The notes under the pieces: generated by a model
Database searches by the model: none
Told to the model about the DNA's origin: nothing
What the model saw: the letters and a program-made list of their open reading frames with translations, nothing else
Program-made: the position numbers and the translations under genes
Shown here: piece after piece, positions 1 to 10,643 of the stretch
Layout: every line of letters begins with the position of its first letter
Numbering within the stretch: the stretch's first letter is position 1
Assembly: GCA_965279115.1 (NCBI GenBank)
Contig: OZ257137.1
Span: 1,941,217-2,005,216, forward strand
Source of the DNA: Burkholderiales bacterium
Lineage (GTDB): Bacteria > Pseudomonadota > Gammaproteobacteria > Burkholderiales > JAEUOS01
Reading direction: 5' to 3'
DNA length: 64,000 nucleotides

Positions 1-1
1 G

Positions 2-82
2 CCGCTTACGCCGATGGCCAGGAAGGTGGCCGAGATGCTGCGCGAGGTGGTGCCGCGCGAGCTTGAAGAGCGCAGCGCCTGA
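2..82 (+). CDS. 3' end of a gene entering from the left edge, possibly a LysR-type regulator C-terminus
   Basis: Frame from nt 2 reads PLTPMARKVAEMLREVVPRELEERSA* (TGA 80-82), resembling the terminal helix of LysR substrate-binding domains. Only 26 codons are visible. Confidence 0.35.
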   Translation, partial: PLTPMARKVAEMLREVVPRELEERSA

Positions 83-93
83 TCGACCACCTT

Positions 94-399
<306 letters not shown>

Positions 400-419
400 C
401 TACCTGCGAGGTAAAGCAG

Positions 420-1400
420 TTGAAGACAATCGCAAGCCGTCTGGCGATCATTCCCTTGGCCATCGCGGCCGCCGGCACGCCGGTCGGCGCAATCGCCCAG
501 GCCTATCCCGCCAAACCGATCCGCATGGTCGTGCCCTTCACGCCCGGCGGCACCACCGACATCCTCGGCCGTTCCATCGGCCAGAAGATCACCGAGGCAT
601 TTGGCCAGCAGGTGATCATCGACAACCGGCCCGGCGCCGGTGGTTCGATCGGCGCTGAGTCGGTGGCGAAATCGGCACCTGACGGCTACACGCTGATGAT
701 GGGCCACATCGGCACCTTGGCGGTGAACCCCTCGCTCTATCCCAGGCTGGGCTACGACCCGGTCAAGGGCTTCGCACCAGTGGCCTGGGTGGCGCGCGTG
801 CCCAACGTGCTGGTGGTCAGCAACGCCGTGCCGGCGAAAAGCGTCAAGGAGCTGGTTGCGCTGGCCAAGGCGAAGCCAGGCAGCCTCAACTACGGCTCGG
901 GCGGCAACGGCAGCGCGGCGCACATCGCAACCGAGTATTTCAAGTTGCAGACCGGCACCTTCCTGGTCCACATCCCCTACCGTGGCACCGCCCCGGCGGT
1001 CACCGACCTCATCGCCGGGCAGATCTCGCTCATGCTCACCGGCGGACCGGCGGTGCTGCCGCAGGTGAAGGCCGGGCAGTTGCGCGCGCTCGCCGTGACC
1101 AGCCCCAAACGCATGGAGGCGCAGCCCGACCTGCCCACCATCGCCGAAAGCGGCTACCCCGGCTTCGAGGCCGACCAGTGGTATGGCGTGGTCGCCCCGG
1201 CCGGCACGCCCGCCGACGTGGTGGCCAAACTCAATGGCGCGATCAATCGCGCACTCACGGCGCCGGAACTCAGGCAACGCCTGTCCGGCGAGGGCGCCGA
1301 GGCGGTGGCCACCACACCGCAAGCCTTCGGCGCCCTGATCGTGAAGGAGATCGAACGCTGGCGACCGGTACTCAAAGCCGGCAACGTGAAAGCAGACTGA
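420..1400 (+). CDS. Bug/TctC tripartite tricarboxylate transporter substrate-binding protein
   Basis: Signal peptide, [38 protein letters not shown] motifs. TTG start after GAGGT (start uncertain). Confidence 0.92.
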   Translation: MKTIASRLAIIPLAIAAAGTPVGAIAQAYPAKPIRMVVPFTPGGTTDILGRSIGQKITEAFGQQVIIDNRPGAGGSIGAESVAKSAPDGYTLMMGHIGTLAVNPSLYPRLGYDPVKGFAPVAWVARVPNVLVVSNAVPAKSVKELVALAKAKPGSLNYGSGGNGSAAHIATEYFKLQTGTFLVHIPYRGTAPAVTDLIAGQISLMLTGGPAVLPQVKAGQLRALAVTSPKRMEAQPDLPTIAESGYPGFEADQWYGVVAPAGTPADVVAKLNGAINRALTAPELRQRLSGEGAEAVATTPQAFGALIVKEIERWRPVLKAGNVKAD

Positions 1401-1431
1401 GGTTCACCGGCCTCACCTTGCATGGGGAGAC

Positions 1432-2484
1432 TTGACGATGTGGGTGCGCAACTGCTGGTACGTGATCGGCTGGGAGCACGAAGTTCCCGACGACGGCTTT
1501 CTCGCCCGCACGGTGCTGGGCGAACCGCTGCTGGCCTATCGCACCGCCGCCGGCCAATACGCGGTGCTTGAGGACCGCTGCTGCCACCGCCATGCGCCGC
1601 TGTCGAAAGGACGGCGTGAAGGTGACTGTATCCGTTGCGGCTATCACGGCCTGAAGTTCGACGCATCCGGCACCTGCGTGGAGGTGCCGGGGATGGAACG
1701 TCCGCCGGCGGCGGCGCGGGTGCGTACTTATCCGGCGATTTGCCGCAATCGTTGGGTTTTCGTGTGGATGGGCGCTGCGGACCGCGCCGATCCCGCCATG
1801 CTGCCGGACAATTTTTCCTGCGGCGAAGCCGGCTGGCACTACAAGCCGGGCTACATGCACTACGACACACCCTACCTGCTGATCTGTGACAACCTGCTCG
1901 ATTTCTCGCACCTGAGCTGGGTGCATGAAAAGACCCTCGGCGGTACGACCGCCATCGCCCTGACGCGACCGGCCATTGAGCCGGTGACCACCCCACGCCA
2001 GCGCGGCGTCAAGGTGAGCCGCCATGTGCCGGGAGTACCACCACCGCCCTATTACGCCAGGATCCGCGCCATGCCGGCACTGATAGACCGCTGGTTCGTC
2101 TACGATTTTCTGCTGCCTGGCACACTGTTGATGCGCTCCGGCGGGCGCCCGACCGGCGACGCGCCCGACGACATGCGAAATGCCGTGCAACTGCATAGCT
2201 GTCAGACGCTCACGCCCGAAACCGCGGACAGCACCCATTATTTCTTCATGCAGGCATATCGCGCCGAGGCGGGGAATCCCGCGGTCACCGAAGGCATTTA
2301 CCAGAGCCTCATTCAGGCATTCAACGAGGACCGCGACATGATTTCGGCGCAACACCGGACGATGATAAGCGCACCCGCTGCGTCCATGATGCCGCTCTAC
2401 ATGGACGCGGCGCTGGCGCAGTTTCGCCGCCTGCTCGACAGCGAAGTCGAGCACGAAGCAGGAGCGCTTCCTCCGGCCGCGTGA
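1432..2484 (+). CDS. Rieske non-heme iron oxygenase alpha subunit (VanA/O-demethylase-like)
   Basis: Rieske motif CCHRH...CGYHG and mononuclear iron motif DNLLDFSHLSWVH. C-terminal FNEDRDMI. Confidence 0.9.
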   Translation: MTMWVRNCWYVIGWEHEVPDDGFLARTVLGEPLLAYRTAAGQYAVLEDRCCHRHAPLSKGRREGDCIRCGYHGLKFDASGTCVEVPGMERPPAAARVRTYPAICRNRWVFVWMGAADRADPAMLPDNFSCGEAGWHYKPGYMHYDTPYLLICDNLLDFSHLSWVHEKTLGGTTAIALTRPAIEPVTTPRQRGVKVSRHVPGVPPPPYYARIRAMPALIDRWFVYDFLLPGTLLMRSGGRPTGDAPDDMRNAVQLHSCQTLTPETADSTHYFFMQAYRAEAGNPAVTEGIYQSLIQAFNEDRDMISAQHRTMISAPAASMMPLYMDAALAQFRRLLDSEVEHEAGALPPAA

Positions 2485-2539
2485 CACCGGCGACACCGAC
2501 TTCCTGCCGGTGCCGGCACAGCATCCGCCCTGCGGACCT

Positions 2540-3808
2540 TCAGCGTTGCTCCGCGGGCCGCGCGCGGTGGTCTGCGATCATGCGCACGGCGAGGTATAGC
2601 CGTGCCGGGATGCGATCCAGCGCGACGTACTCCTCGCTGGAGGAGTGGTAGCCAAACCCGGGCATGCCCATGCCCTCGATCACCGGCCGCCCGGATTGCT
2701 GCGCGAAGCCCGCGTCGGTTCCACCCGTAATCCGGGGCACCACCAGCAGGCTGCCGCCCACCTCGCCATAAATCGCGACCGCGCGGTCGATCAGCGCGTT
2801 GGAGGCGGCGTCAGCCACGAACGCAGGGCGGCCGACCCTGAACTTCAGCTCCGCCTCCGTGTCCGGCACACGCCGTTTCGCCAGCAGGCCGCGCAGTTCG
2901 TCGAGCTTCTGCTTGACCAGGTCATCGGAAAAATAGCGCACGTCGGCCGAAAGCGTCGCCTGATCCGGAACCTGGTTGAGAACCGTGCCGCTTGACATGC
3001 GCGTCCAGTTGAAGCGGAACGCCTTTGCCGCTTCGTCCAGGCCCTGGGTGCGCGCGACGATATCGGCGGCTTCGACCAGCGCATTGCGGCCGCGTTCCGG
3101 TTCGGCGCCGGCATGCGCGGCGCGGCCACGCACCGTCACTTGCGCCTCGCCGTTGCCGGCGGTGCCGCGGGTCAGCGCTTCGCGCGGCGTGGAGGTGGGT
3201 TCGAATGACAGGACCACATCGGCCGCAGCCGCCAGACGCGTCACCAGCTTGCCGGAATCGGGCGATCCGATTTCCTCGTCGGTGTTGAACAGCACGGTCA
3301 GTTCGGCAAATTCCGCAAGGCCACGTTGCTTCAGGATCCCGATCGAATGCAGGATCAGCGCGATGCCCCCGCGGTCATCCGCGATGCCGGGACCGAAGGC
3401 GCGCTCGCCGTCGATGCGAAAGGGTCGCGCCGCCAGTGTTCCCACCGGATAGATCGTGTCCATGTGGGCCATCAGGAGCACCCGGCCGCTGCCGGAACCA
3501 CGCATGCGCCCGACCACATGGCTGCCGGCCGCAGGCGCCTGTGCCGCGATCCGCTCGACCGTGGCGCCCAGGGCCACCAGCCGCTTCTCAAGCAGGTCGC
3601 CGATCGCCTGCAGGCCGGGCGCATGGCTTGAAGGGGATTCGATGGAAACCAAGTCCCGCAGCGTCTCGGCGACGCGTTCGCGCTCGCCGGACACCATCGC
3701 CCACAGGGCTTCATCCCTTGCCGGTTGCGCCCCTGTCGCACCCGCCACCACCATTGCCAGGCCGAGCGCAAGCACCCGCCCGGCCGCCAGAATCCTCGCG
3801 CCGGTCAT
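2540..3808 (-). CDS. M20 peptidase, glutamate carboxypeptidase (carboxypeptidase G2)-like, exported
   Basis: Signal peptide; AHMDT, GIADDRGG, DEEIGS, GRAAHAG, GGTDAG and GYHS metal-binding/dimerisation motifs. Confidence 0.88.
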   Translation of the reverse strand: MTGARILAAGRVLALGLAMVVAGATGAQPARDEALWAMVSGERERVAETLRDLVSIESPSSHAPGLQAIGDLLEKRLVALGATVERIAAQAPAAGSHVVGRMRGSGSGRVLLMAHMDTIYPVGTLAARPFRIDGERAFGPGIADDRGGIALILHSIGILKQRGLAEFAELTVLFNTDEEIGSPDSGKLVTRLAAAADVVLSFEPTSTPREALTRGTAGNGEAQVTVRGRAAHAGAEPERGRNALVEAADIVARTQGLDEAAKAFRFNWTRMSSGTVLNQVPDQATLSADVRYFSDDLVKQKLDELRGLLAKRRVPDTEAELKFRVGRPAFVADAASNALIDRAVAIYGEVGGSLLVVPRITGGTDAGFAQQSGRPVIEGMGMPGFGYHSSSEEYVALDRIPARLYLAVRMIADHRARPAEQR

Positions 3809-3865
3809 CAAACCGCCCCCTCCAAAGCCAGTTCCGGGGCGAATATACCCTGCGCGGCGCGCGCG

Positions 3866-4417
3866 TTATCCGGCGAACTCGGCTTCGTGCATCCAGGCCG
3901 AATGCCGCGGCGCGCGCCGCGTACGCGTCCACTCCTCGAGCATGTCCCATTTCACGGCTGATGCGCGGGCATGCATGTCGGGTGTGCCCACGTCGCAGGC
4001 GAGTTCGAGGCGATGGCCGTTGCAGTCGAAGAAGTAGATCGACTTGAACAAGGTATGGTTGGTCGGCCCGATCACCTCGACGCCGTTGGCTTCCAGGCGC
4101 GCCTTGGCCGCCAGCAGGGCATCAAAGTCGGCCACCTTGAAGGCGAGGTGCTGCACCCACTTGGGTGTGGCTTCGTCACGCCCCATCGCCGGCGAGTTGG
4201 GCAGCTCGAAAAACGCCAGCACGTTGCCGCCGCCGGCGTCCAGGAAGATGTGCATGTACGGGTCGGGTTCGTGGGTGGAAGGCACCTGGTTCTCGGCAAA
4301 GGCGAGCACGAAGCCCATGCCGAGATTCCTGCCGTACCAGTCGACGGTCTCCTTGGCATCCTTGCAGCGGTAAGCGACATGGTGTACCCCCATGGTTTGC
4401 GTGGCGACAGCGTTCAC
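3866..4417 (-). CDS. VOC/glyoxalase family protein
   Basis: HHVAYRCKDA, PDPYMHIF, WVQHLAF, SIYFFDCNGHRLEL motifs. GTG start with AAGGAG RBS. Confidence 0.88.
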   Translation of the reverse strand: MNAVATQTMGVHHVAYRCKDAKETVDWYGRNLGMGFVLAFAENQVPSTHEPDPYMHIFLDAGGGNVLAFFELPNSPAMGRDEATPKWVQHLAFKVADFDALLAAKARLEANGVEVIGPTNHTLFKSIYFFDCNGHRLELACDVGTPDMHARASAVKWDMLEEWTRTRRAPRHSAWMHEAEFAG

Positions 4418-4448
4418 GAAAATCTCCTTTTTTGGGTTTGAATAATTC

Positions 4449-4462
4449 GTAACATACGTTAC
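4449..4462. promoter_or_regulatory. Inverted repeat GTAAC-N4-GTTAC, candidate MarR operator
   Basis: GTAACATACGTTAC in the AT-rich gap between divergent VOC and MarR genes. Confidence 0.55.
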
Positions 4463-4535
4463 CATTAGACCGCTGTCAAGGCGGCCGGCAGCGGCCGGGC
4501 AGCCTGCATCCCATCCCTCCACTTCCGAAAATCCG

Positions 4536-4976
4536 ATGGATCTATCCCGCTTCATGCCCTATCGCCTCGCCGTTGCAGCCGAATCCGTGAGTCGCGCGCT
4601 GGCCGCGGTGTATTCGGAGCGCTTCGGACTGACCCGCGACGAATGGCGCGTCATCGCCCAGTTGGCCGACGTGAAGGAACTGAAGGCCACCGACCTCGGG
4701 CAACGGACTTCGCTGCCCAAGATGCAGGTCAGCCGCGCGGCCACCCGGCTGGAGCAGGACGGCCTGATCGCGCGCGAAACCGACGCCGCCGACCGGCGCA
4801 ACCTGGTCATGCGTCTGACCCCGGCGGGCCGCGCGCTCTACCGGCACCTCGAGCCGGTGGTGCTGGAACGCGAGCGCGACCTCCTGGCGGCCCTCGCACC
4901 GCAAGAGCGTGCCGCGTTCGAGGCCGCGCTGGCGCAAATCGAGGCCACCGCCAACGCCCTGCAACTGCGGGCCTGA
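4536..4976 (+). CDS. MarR family transcriptional regulator
   Basis: FMPYRL...GLTRDEWRV...KMQVSRA...DRR..LTPAGR winged-helix pattern. Confidence 0.92.
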   Translation: MDLSRFMPYRLAVAAESVSRALAAVYSERFGLTRDEWRVIAQLADVKELKATDLGQRTSLPKMQVSRAATRLEQDGLIARETDAADRRNLVMRLTPAGRALYRHLEPVVLERERDLLAALAPQERAAFEAALAQIEATANALQLRA

Positions 4977-5019
4977 CAGCGCATCGACGTAAACTGCCGG
5001 CTCTCCCCCTGGAGGGCGC

Positions 5020-6327
5020 ATGGCGCTGCTGTCACGGCTGTTCCCGAACCACCTGCTGAACCCCGGCGTCAAGCGGCGCGAGGTGTTCGGCTGGGCGATG
5101 TACGACTTCGCCAATTCCGGCTACACCACCGTGGTGTTGACCGCGGTGTTCTCCGCGTACTTCGCCGGCGTAGTGGCGGGCAAGGCGCCGTGGGCCACCT
5201 TCGCCTGGACCGCCGCGCTGTCGGTTTCGTACGCGCTGGTGATGCTCGCCATGCCGGCACTGGGCGCCTTTGCGGACCTGCGCGCGGCGAAAAAACGGCT
5301 GCTCGCCGCCACCACCTTCGCCTGCGTGTGTTCCACCGCCCTGCTGGCCGTGGTCGGGCCCGGCGACGTTGCGCTGGCCATGCTGCTCATCATCGTCTCC
5401 AACAGCTTCTACAGCTTCGGCGAGTCGCTTACCGCGGCATTCCTGCCGGAACTGGCGAAAAAGGAAGGACTGGGCACGGTCTCGGGCTGGGGCTGGGGCC
5501 TGGGCTATTGCGGCGGCATGCTGTCGCTGGGTCTGTGCCTGGCCTGGGTGATCCACTCCCAGGGACAGGGACAGAGCGCCGCGCAGTTCGTGCCGGTCGC
5601 CATGCTGATCACCGCCACGCTCTACGGACTGGCGGCCCTGCCCACCTTTGCCCTGCTGCGCGAGCGGGCGGTCGCACAGCCCGGCACGCCGGCCGGGGTC
5701 GGCGCATCGTTCAGGCAACTGCGCGCGACCCTGGCGCAGGCGCGCCAGTACCGCGACTTCGGCTGGCTGCTGGTGTGCGGCCTGTTCTACCAGGGCGGGG
5801 TGGCGGTGGCCATCACGCTGGCGGCGATCTACGCCGAGCAGGTGATCGGCTTCAAGTCGTCCGAAACCATGGTGCTGGTGTTCGTGCTCAACGTCGCGGC
5901 GGCCGCCGGCGCCTTCGGTTTCGGTTTCCTGCAGGACCGCATCGGGCACAAGCCGGCATTGGCCGCCACCCTCATGGGCTGGATGGCCACCTGCATCATC
6001 GCGGCGATTACCACCAGCAAGGGCGGCTTCTGGTGGGCCGCGGCGATTGCCGGCGCCTGCATGGGGTCCTCGCAGTCGGCGGGGCGCGCCATGGCCGCCA
6101 TGTTTGCGCCGCAAAGGCAACTGGCCGAGTTCTTCGGCCTGTGGACATTCTCGACCCGGCTGGCAGCCATCATCGGCCCGCTGATGTACGGCGCCATCAC
6201 CTGGGCCACCGGCGGAAACCAGCGTGTGGCGATCGCCTCGACCACGCTGCTGTTTCTCGCCGGCCTCTTTGCCCTGATCCCCATCGACGTCGCGCGCGGC
6301 CGCGCCGCCGCCAATCCACCATCCTGA
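5020..6327 (+). CDS. MFS transporter (UMF1/Atg22-like)
   Basis: WAMYDFANS motif, about 12 hydrophobic segments, AEFFGLW and GPL motifs. Confidence 0.88.
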   Translation: MALLSRLFPNHLLNPGVKRREVFGWAMYDFANSGYTTVVLTAVFSAYFAGVVAGKAPWATFAWTAALSVSYALVMLAMPALGAFADLRAAKKRLLAATTFACVCSTALLAVVGPGDVALAMLLIIVSNSFYSFGESLTAAFLPELAKKEGLGTVSGWGWGLGYCGGMLSLGLCLAWVIHSQGQGQSAAQFVPVAMLITATLYGLAALPTFALLRERAVAQPGTPAGVGASFRQLRATLAQARQYRDFGWLLVCGLFYQGGVAVAITLAAIYAEQVIGFKSSETMVLVFVLNVAAAAGAFGFGFLQDRIGHKPALAATLMGWMATCIIAAITTSKGGFWWAAAIAGACMGSSQSAGRAMAAMFAPQRQLAEFFGLWTFSTRLAAIIGPLMYGAITWATGGNQRVAIASTTLLFLAGLFALIPIDVARGRAAANPPS

Positions 6328-6351
6328 ATCCGCCATTACGTGAGGCTCAAC

Positions 6352-7386
6352 ATGATCGACCTGCGCTCCGACACCGTGACCCGCCCTTCGGCCGCCATGC
6401 GCGACGTGATGGCGCGCGCCCCGGTGGGCGACATGCAGTACGGCGACGACCCGTCGCTCAACGCGCTCGAAGCGCGGGTGGCCGAATTGCTCGGCAAGGA
6501 GGCCTCGTTGTGGCTGCCCTCCGGCACCATGGCCAACCAGGCCGCGCTGCGCACCATGACGCGCCCGGGCGACGACGTGCTGGTGGGCAGCGAGGCGCAT
6601 TCGGTATGGCATGAGGCCGGCGGCTCGGCCGCCAACGCGGGGGTGCAGTTCACCGAGATAGGGGCCGCCGGTACCTTCACCGCTGACGACGTGCGGCGCA
6701 ACGCCAAACCGCGCAACCAGCCGCTCACGCCATTGCCGGCCACCACCCTGGTGCAGATCGAGAATACGCAGAATCGCCATGGCGGCGTGGTGTTCCCCCA
6801 GGCCGAGGTCGAGGCGGTGTGCACGGCCGCGCGCGAGATCGGCCTGGCCAGCTACCTGGACGGCGCGCGCCTGTGGAACGCCGCGGTGCAGTCCGGGCTG
6901 CCGCCGGCCCGCCTGGCCGCCCCCTTCGACATGGTGATGGTGGCCTTCTCCAAGGGCCTTGGCGCGCCGGCCGGATCCATGCTGGCCGGTCCTAAAGACC
7001 TGATCGCCACCGCCGCGCGCCACCGCCGCATGCTTGGCGGCGCGATGCGCCAGGTGGGCATGTTCGCAGCCGCCTGCGACTACGCGCTCACCCACAACTT
7101 CGAACGCCTTGCTGAAGACCATGCCAATGCGCTCCTGATGGCGAAGCGCCTGGCCGGCTGCCGCGGCGTCACCATGCGGCTTGAACGGCTGATGACCAAC
7201 ATCGTGGTGTTCGAACTCGAAGGCGGGCGTCTGACAGCGGCGCAACTGGTCGCCGCGGCGCGCGAACAGGGCGTGCTGATCAATGCCTTCAGCCCGGTGA
7301 AAGTGCGGCTGGTGACGCACCTCGATGTGAGCCGCGATGACTGCGTGAAGGCCGCCGAGGTACTGGCGCGGCTGCTCGACGGCTGA
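6352..7386 (+). CDS. ltaE: Low-specificity L-threonine aldolase family PLP enzyme
   Basis: IDLRSDTVT, PSGTMANQ, ENT.N, DGARLWNA, FSKGLGAP (PLP lysine), GGAMRQ, RLVTHLDV. Confidence 0.88.
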   Translation: MIDLRSDTVTRPSAAMRDVMARAPVGDMQYGDDPSLNALEARVAELLGKEASLWLPSGTMANQAALRTMTRPGDDVLVGSEAHSVWHEAGGSAANAGVQFTEIGAAGTFTADDVRRNAKPRNQPLTPLPATTLVQIENTQNRHGGVVFPQAEVEAVCTAAREIGLASYLDGARLWNAAVQSGLPPARLAAPFDMVMVAFSKGLGAPAGSMLAGPKDLIATAARHRRMLGGAMRQVGMFAAACDYALTHNFERLAEDHANALLMAKRLAGCRGVTMRLERLMTNIVVFELEGGRLTAAQLVAAAREQGVLINAFSPVKVRLVTHLDVSRDDCVKAAEVLARLLDG

Positions 7387-7414
7387 GCCCCGGGATTTCC
7401 GGCGGGTTCGTTTT
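7385..7414 (+). terminator. Possible intrinsic terminator after ltaE
   Basis: Imperfect GC hairpin followed by GTTTT between convergent genes. Confidence 0.35.
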
Positions 7415-7438
7415 CGACACCGCGACGGACTGCTGCGA

Positions 7439-9430
7439 TCAGGTAGGCAAGGTAGCCGGGCGGGACCCTGTTTCCAGATAATGCAGCGCGTCGTCCGCGC
7501 TTTCGAAGATGTGCGGCGCCATATGCCGCTTCTTCAGCGCCCGGCCCAGCTTGGCGCGCAGGAATGCGCTGGTGGTGTAGCGCGTCACCTCCTCGTAGAA
7601 GCGCGCGGTCACATCGCGCACCATGTCGCCATAGGCCTCCAGCAGCTCGGTGGATACCGCGAAGTTGTCGTAGTTCACCACCGCGCGGACCTTGCGACCC
7701 AGCCCGGCAAGATGCCGCACCACTTCCGCGCGGATCGCCTCGATGTCGTCCCGGTCGCGCACGGTGTGCCCCTCGAAATTGATGAAGAACAGATTCTGCT
7801 GCGCGTCATAGGAGAATCGCGCCGCCAGCGGCAGGCGCAGCATCGCGGCGCGCAAGCCCATGGGCGCATCGGCGAAGATGCGCGCGTCCATCAGTTTCGG
7901 CGCGCCCGGTATCAACGGACGGAACGCCATGTGCGCCAGGATGTCGTGCCCGATGTCGATGCCGGGCGCGACCTCGATGAGTTCCAGCCCCGCCTCGCAA
8001 AGCCGGAACACGCAGCGCTCGGTCACATACAGGACGGTCTGGCCGCGCCGGAACGCGTGCGAGCCGCTGTAGGTGCGGTGCTCGACCTGATCCACGAACT
8101 TGGCCGTGCGGCCTTCCCGGAGGATCGCAAGCCTGCCGTCGGTCACCGCGATTTCCGCGCCGCCGGCGTTGAAGGTGCCGACGAACACCACCTTGCGCGC
8201 GGCCTGGCTGATATTGATGAAGCCGCCCGCGCCTGCCAGGCGCGGTCCGAACTTGCTGACATTGAGGTTGCCTTCGCGGTCGGCCTGCGCCAGGCCGAGA
8301 AAGGCCAGATCGAGCCCGCCACCGTCATAGAAGTCGAACTGGCTGGGTTGGTCGATGATGGCGTGGGTGTTGATGGCGGCGCCGAAATCGAGCCCGCCGG
8401 CCGGGATGCCGCCGATCACGCCGGGCTCGGCCGTCAGGGTCACCAGGTCGATCACGTTCTCTTCGCTGGCGACCCCGGCAACACCTTCCGGCATGCCGAT
8501 GCCGAGATTGACGACGCTGTTGGGCCTGAGTTCCAGCGCGGCGCGACGGGCGATGACCTTGCGCACGTCCAGCGCCAGGGGTGCGCGGTCCGACACCGGC
8601 ACGCGGATCTCGCCGGAAAAGGCCGGACTGTAGGATGTGTTGAAGGTCTGCCAGTGGTTCTCCGGCTGCGCCTGCACCACGCACCCCACCAGCACGCCCG
8701 GCACCTTGACCTGGCGCGGATTTAGGGTGCCGCGCTCGGCGATCCTTTCGACCTGCGCGATGACCATGCCGCCGCTGTTGTGCACCGCCATGGCGATCGC
8801 CAGGGTTTCCAGCGTGAGCGCCTCGCGCTCCATGGTGAGGTTGCCATCCGGGTCGGCGGTGGTCGCGCGGATGATCCCCACATGGATAGGGAAAGCCTTG
8901 TAGAACAGGAATTCCTCGCCGCCGATGGTCATGACCTCCACCAGGGCCTCGGTAGTGCGCTCGTTCATGCGGCCGCCGCCGAAGCGCGGATCGACAAAGG
9001 TGCCCAGGCCCACCCGCGAAAGATGGCCCGGCCGGTGCGCCGCGATGTCGCGAAACAGGCAGGAGATCACGCCCTGCGGCAAGTTGTAGGCCTCGATGCG
9101 GTTTTCCACGGCCAGCCGACCCAGGCCCGGCACCAGTCCCCAGTGGCCGCCGATCACGCGCCGCACCAGCCCCTCATGGGCAAGATGGTTGAGCCCCTTG
9201 TCCTTGCCGTTACCCTGGCCGGCGGCATACACCAGCGTGAGCTCGCCGACGCCGTCAGCGCCGGGCTGCCGGAAACGCGCTTCCAGGGCGATGGCGATCT
9301 CCTCGGCGAAGCCGATACCCACGAACCCCGAGGTGGCCACGGTGTCACCGCGATGAATCAGGCGTACCGCGTCGGCGGCGCCGACGATCTTGCTCTGGCC
9401 GGTGTGGCTGGCCGATGCGGGCAGGTGCAT
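7439..9430 (-). CDS. Fused family I acyl-CoA:acetate/propionate CoA transferase (YdiF/Pct-like) with C-terminal extension
   Basis: [37 protein letters not shown] (catalytic Glu), FYDGGG, GGFINI, YVTER. The 1155-aa ORF call over-extends upstream; likely ATG is 9430. Confidence 0.88.
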   Translation of the reverse strand: MHLPASASHTGQSKIVGAADAVRLIHRGDTVATSGFVGIGFAEEIAIALEARFRQPGADGVGELTLVYAAGQGNGKDKGLNHLAHEGLVRRVIGGHWGLVPGLGRLAVENRIEAYNLPQGVISCLFRDIAAHRPGHLSRVGLGTFVDPRFGGGRMNERTTEALVEVMTIGGEEFLFYKAFPIHVGIIRATTADPDGNLTMEREALTLETLAIAMAVHNSGGMVIAQVERIAERGTLNPRQVKVPGVLVGCVVQAQPENHWQTFNTSYSPAFSGEIRVPVSDRAPLALDVRKVIARRAALELRPNSVVNLGIGMPEGVAGVASEENVIDLVTLTAEPGVIGGIPAGGLDFGAAINTHAIIDQPSQFDFYDGGGLDLAFLGLAQADREGNLNVSKFGPRLAGAGGFINISQAARKVVFVGTFNAGGAEIAVTDGRLAILREGRTAKFVDQVEHRTYSGSHAFRRGQTVLYVTERCVFRLCEAGLELIEVAPGIDIGHDILAHMAFRPLIPGAPKLMDARIFADAPMGLRAAMLRLPLAARFSYDAQQNLFFINFEGHTVRDRDDIEAIRAEVVRHLAGLGRKVRAVVNYDNFAVSTELLEAYGDMVRDVTARFYEEVTRYTTSAFLRAKLGRALKKRHMAPHIFESADDALHYLETGSRPATLPT

Positions 9431-9604
9431 GGTCTGTATCCCCGATTGCGGCCCATGCACGATAGGCACATGCGCCTTGGCCCGGAGTCTAGCCGGCGCG
9501 TTTTGCGGTAGATTGATTGCCATCAAGTCACAGGCACGCAACCTGCTTCGTTTCCAGGCTTCGCGCAAAGCGCCGCCGCCTGTCCTCACTCCTGTGGAGA
9601 ATCC

Positions 9605-10603
9605 ATGAACCCGTTCATCCGCTTCAGACTGCCGCTCGCGGCAGGCATGCTTTCGCTGGCCGCCGCGCTGCCGAATCCGGCCGTGGCCCAGGACGCCGCC
9701 GCCTATCCTGAAAAACCGGTCAAGATCATCGTGCCCTTCCCGCCCGGCGGTGCGGCCGACACCTTCGCGCGGCTGGCAGGGCAGAAGCTTGCGGAAGCCT
9801 GGGCTAACCGCCAGCAGGTGCTGATCGACAACCGTCCCGGCGCCGGCGGCATCATCGGCACCGAGGCAACCGTCAAGTCGGCACCCGACGGGTACACCAT
9901 GCTGATGGTGACCATCGGCCATGCGGTCAACCCCTACATGTACACGAAGCTGCCCTATGACACCCGTGCCGACCTGGTGCCGGTGGCGGTGGTTGCCAAC
10001 GTGCCCAGCCTGGTGGTGGTGGGCCCCGGCTTCCCTGGCAAGACCTTGAAGGACCTGCTGGCGGCGGCCAAGGCCAAGCCCAACGACATCCAGTTCGCTT
10101 CCTCCGGCATCGGTACCACCAGCCATGTGGGCGCAGCCCTGATGGAATCCATGACCGGCGTGGAAATGCTGCATGTGCCCTACAAGGGCGCGGCGCCGGC
10201 CCTGCAGGACGTCATGGGCGGGCGGGTGCCGATGTCGGTGGACATCATCACTTCTTCGATCCAGCTGGTGAAGACCGACAAGCTGCGCGCGCTGGCCATC
10301 ACCTCGGCCAGGCGCTCGCCGCAACTGCCGGAGGTGCCCACCGTGGCCGAGGCCGGCATCCCCGGCTATGAGTTCTCCTCCTGGTACATGCTGCTGGCGC
10401 CGGCGAAAACGCCGCCGGCCATCCTGGAGAAGGTGAATGCCGATTTGCGCCGCATCGCCACCCAGCCGGATTTCCGCAAGCGCATCGAGGACATCGGCGG
10501 CGAAGTCACCAGCATGACCGTCAGGCAATCCTCCGATTACCTCAACGGCGAATTCACCCGCTGGGCCAAGGTGGTCAAGGATCGCAACATCAAGGCCGAC
10601 TGA
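9605..10603 (+). CDS. Bug/TctC substrate-binding protein
   Basis: Signal peptide; [29 protein letters not shown]. Confidence 0.92.
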   Translation: MNPFIRFRLPLAAGMLSLAAALPNPAVAQDAAAYPEKPVKIIVPFPPGGAADTFARLAGQKLAEAWANRQQVLIDNRPGAGGIIGTEATVKSAPDGYTMLMVTIGHAVNPYMYTKLPYDTRADLVPVAVVANVPSLVVVGPGFPGKTLKDLLAAAKAKPNDIQFASSGIGTTSHVGAALMESMTGVEMLHVPYKGAAPALQDVMGGRVPMSVDIITSSIQLVKTDKLRALAITSARRSPQLPEVPTVAEAGIPGYEFSSWYMLLAPAKTPPAILEKVNADLRRIATQPDFRKRIEDIGGEVTSMTVRQSSDYLNGEFTRWAKVVKDRNIKAD

Positions 10604-10643
10604 CCCCAGTGATGGCGTTGCCACGTTTGTGGAGGTGCGCAGC

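Noticed and set aside
5032-7320. 762-aa minus-strand ORF (and similar long ORFs such as 11785-13329, 34985-36805, 34912-36357)
   Set aside because: Antisense or frame-shifted shadows of well-supported genes in high-GC DNA; Arg/Gly/His-rich with no family motifs.
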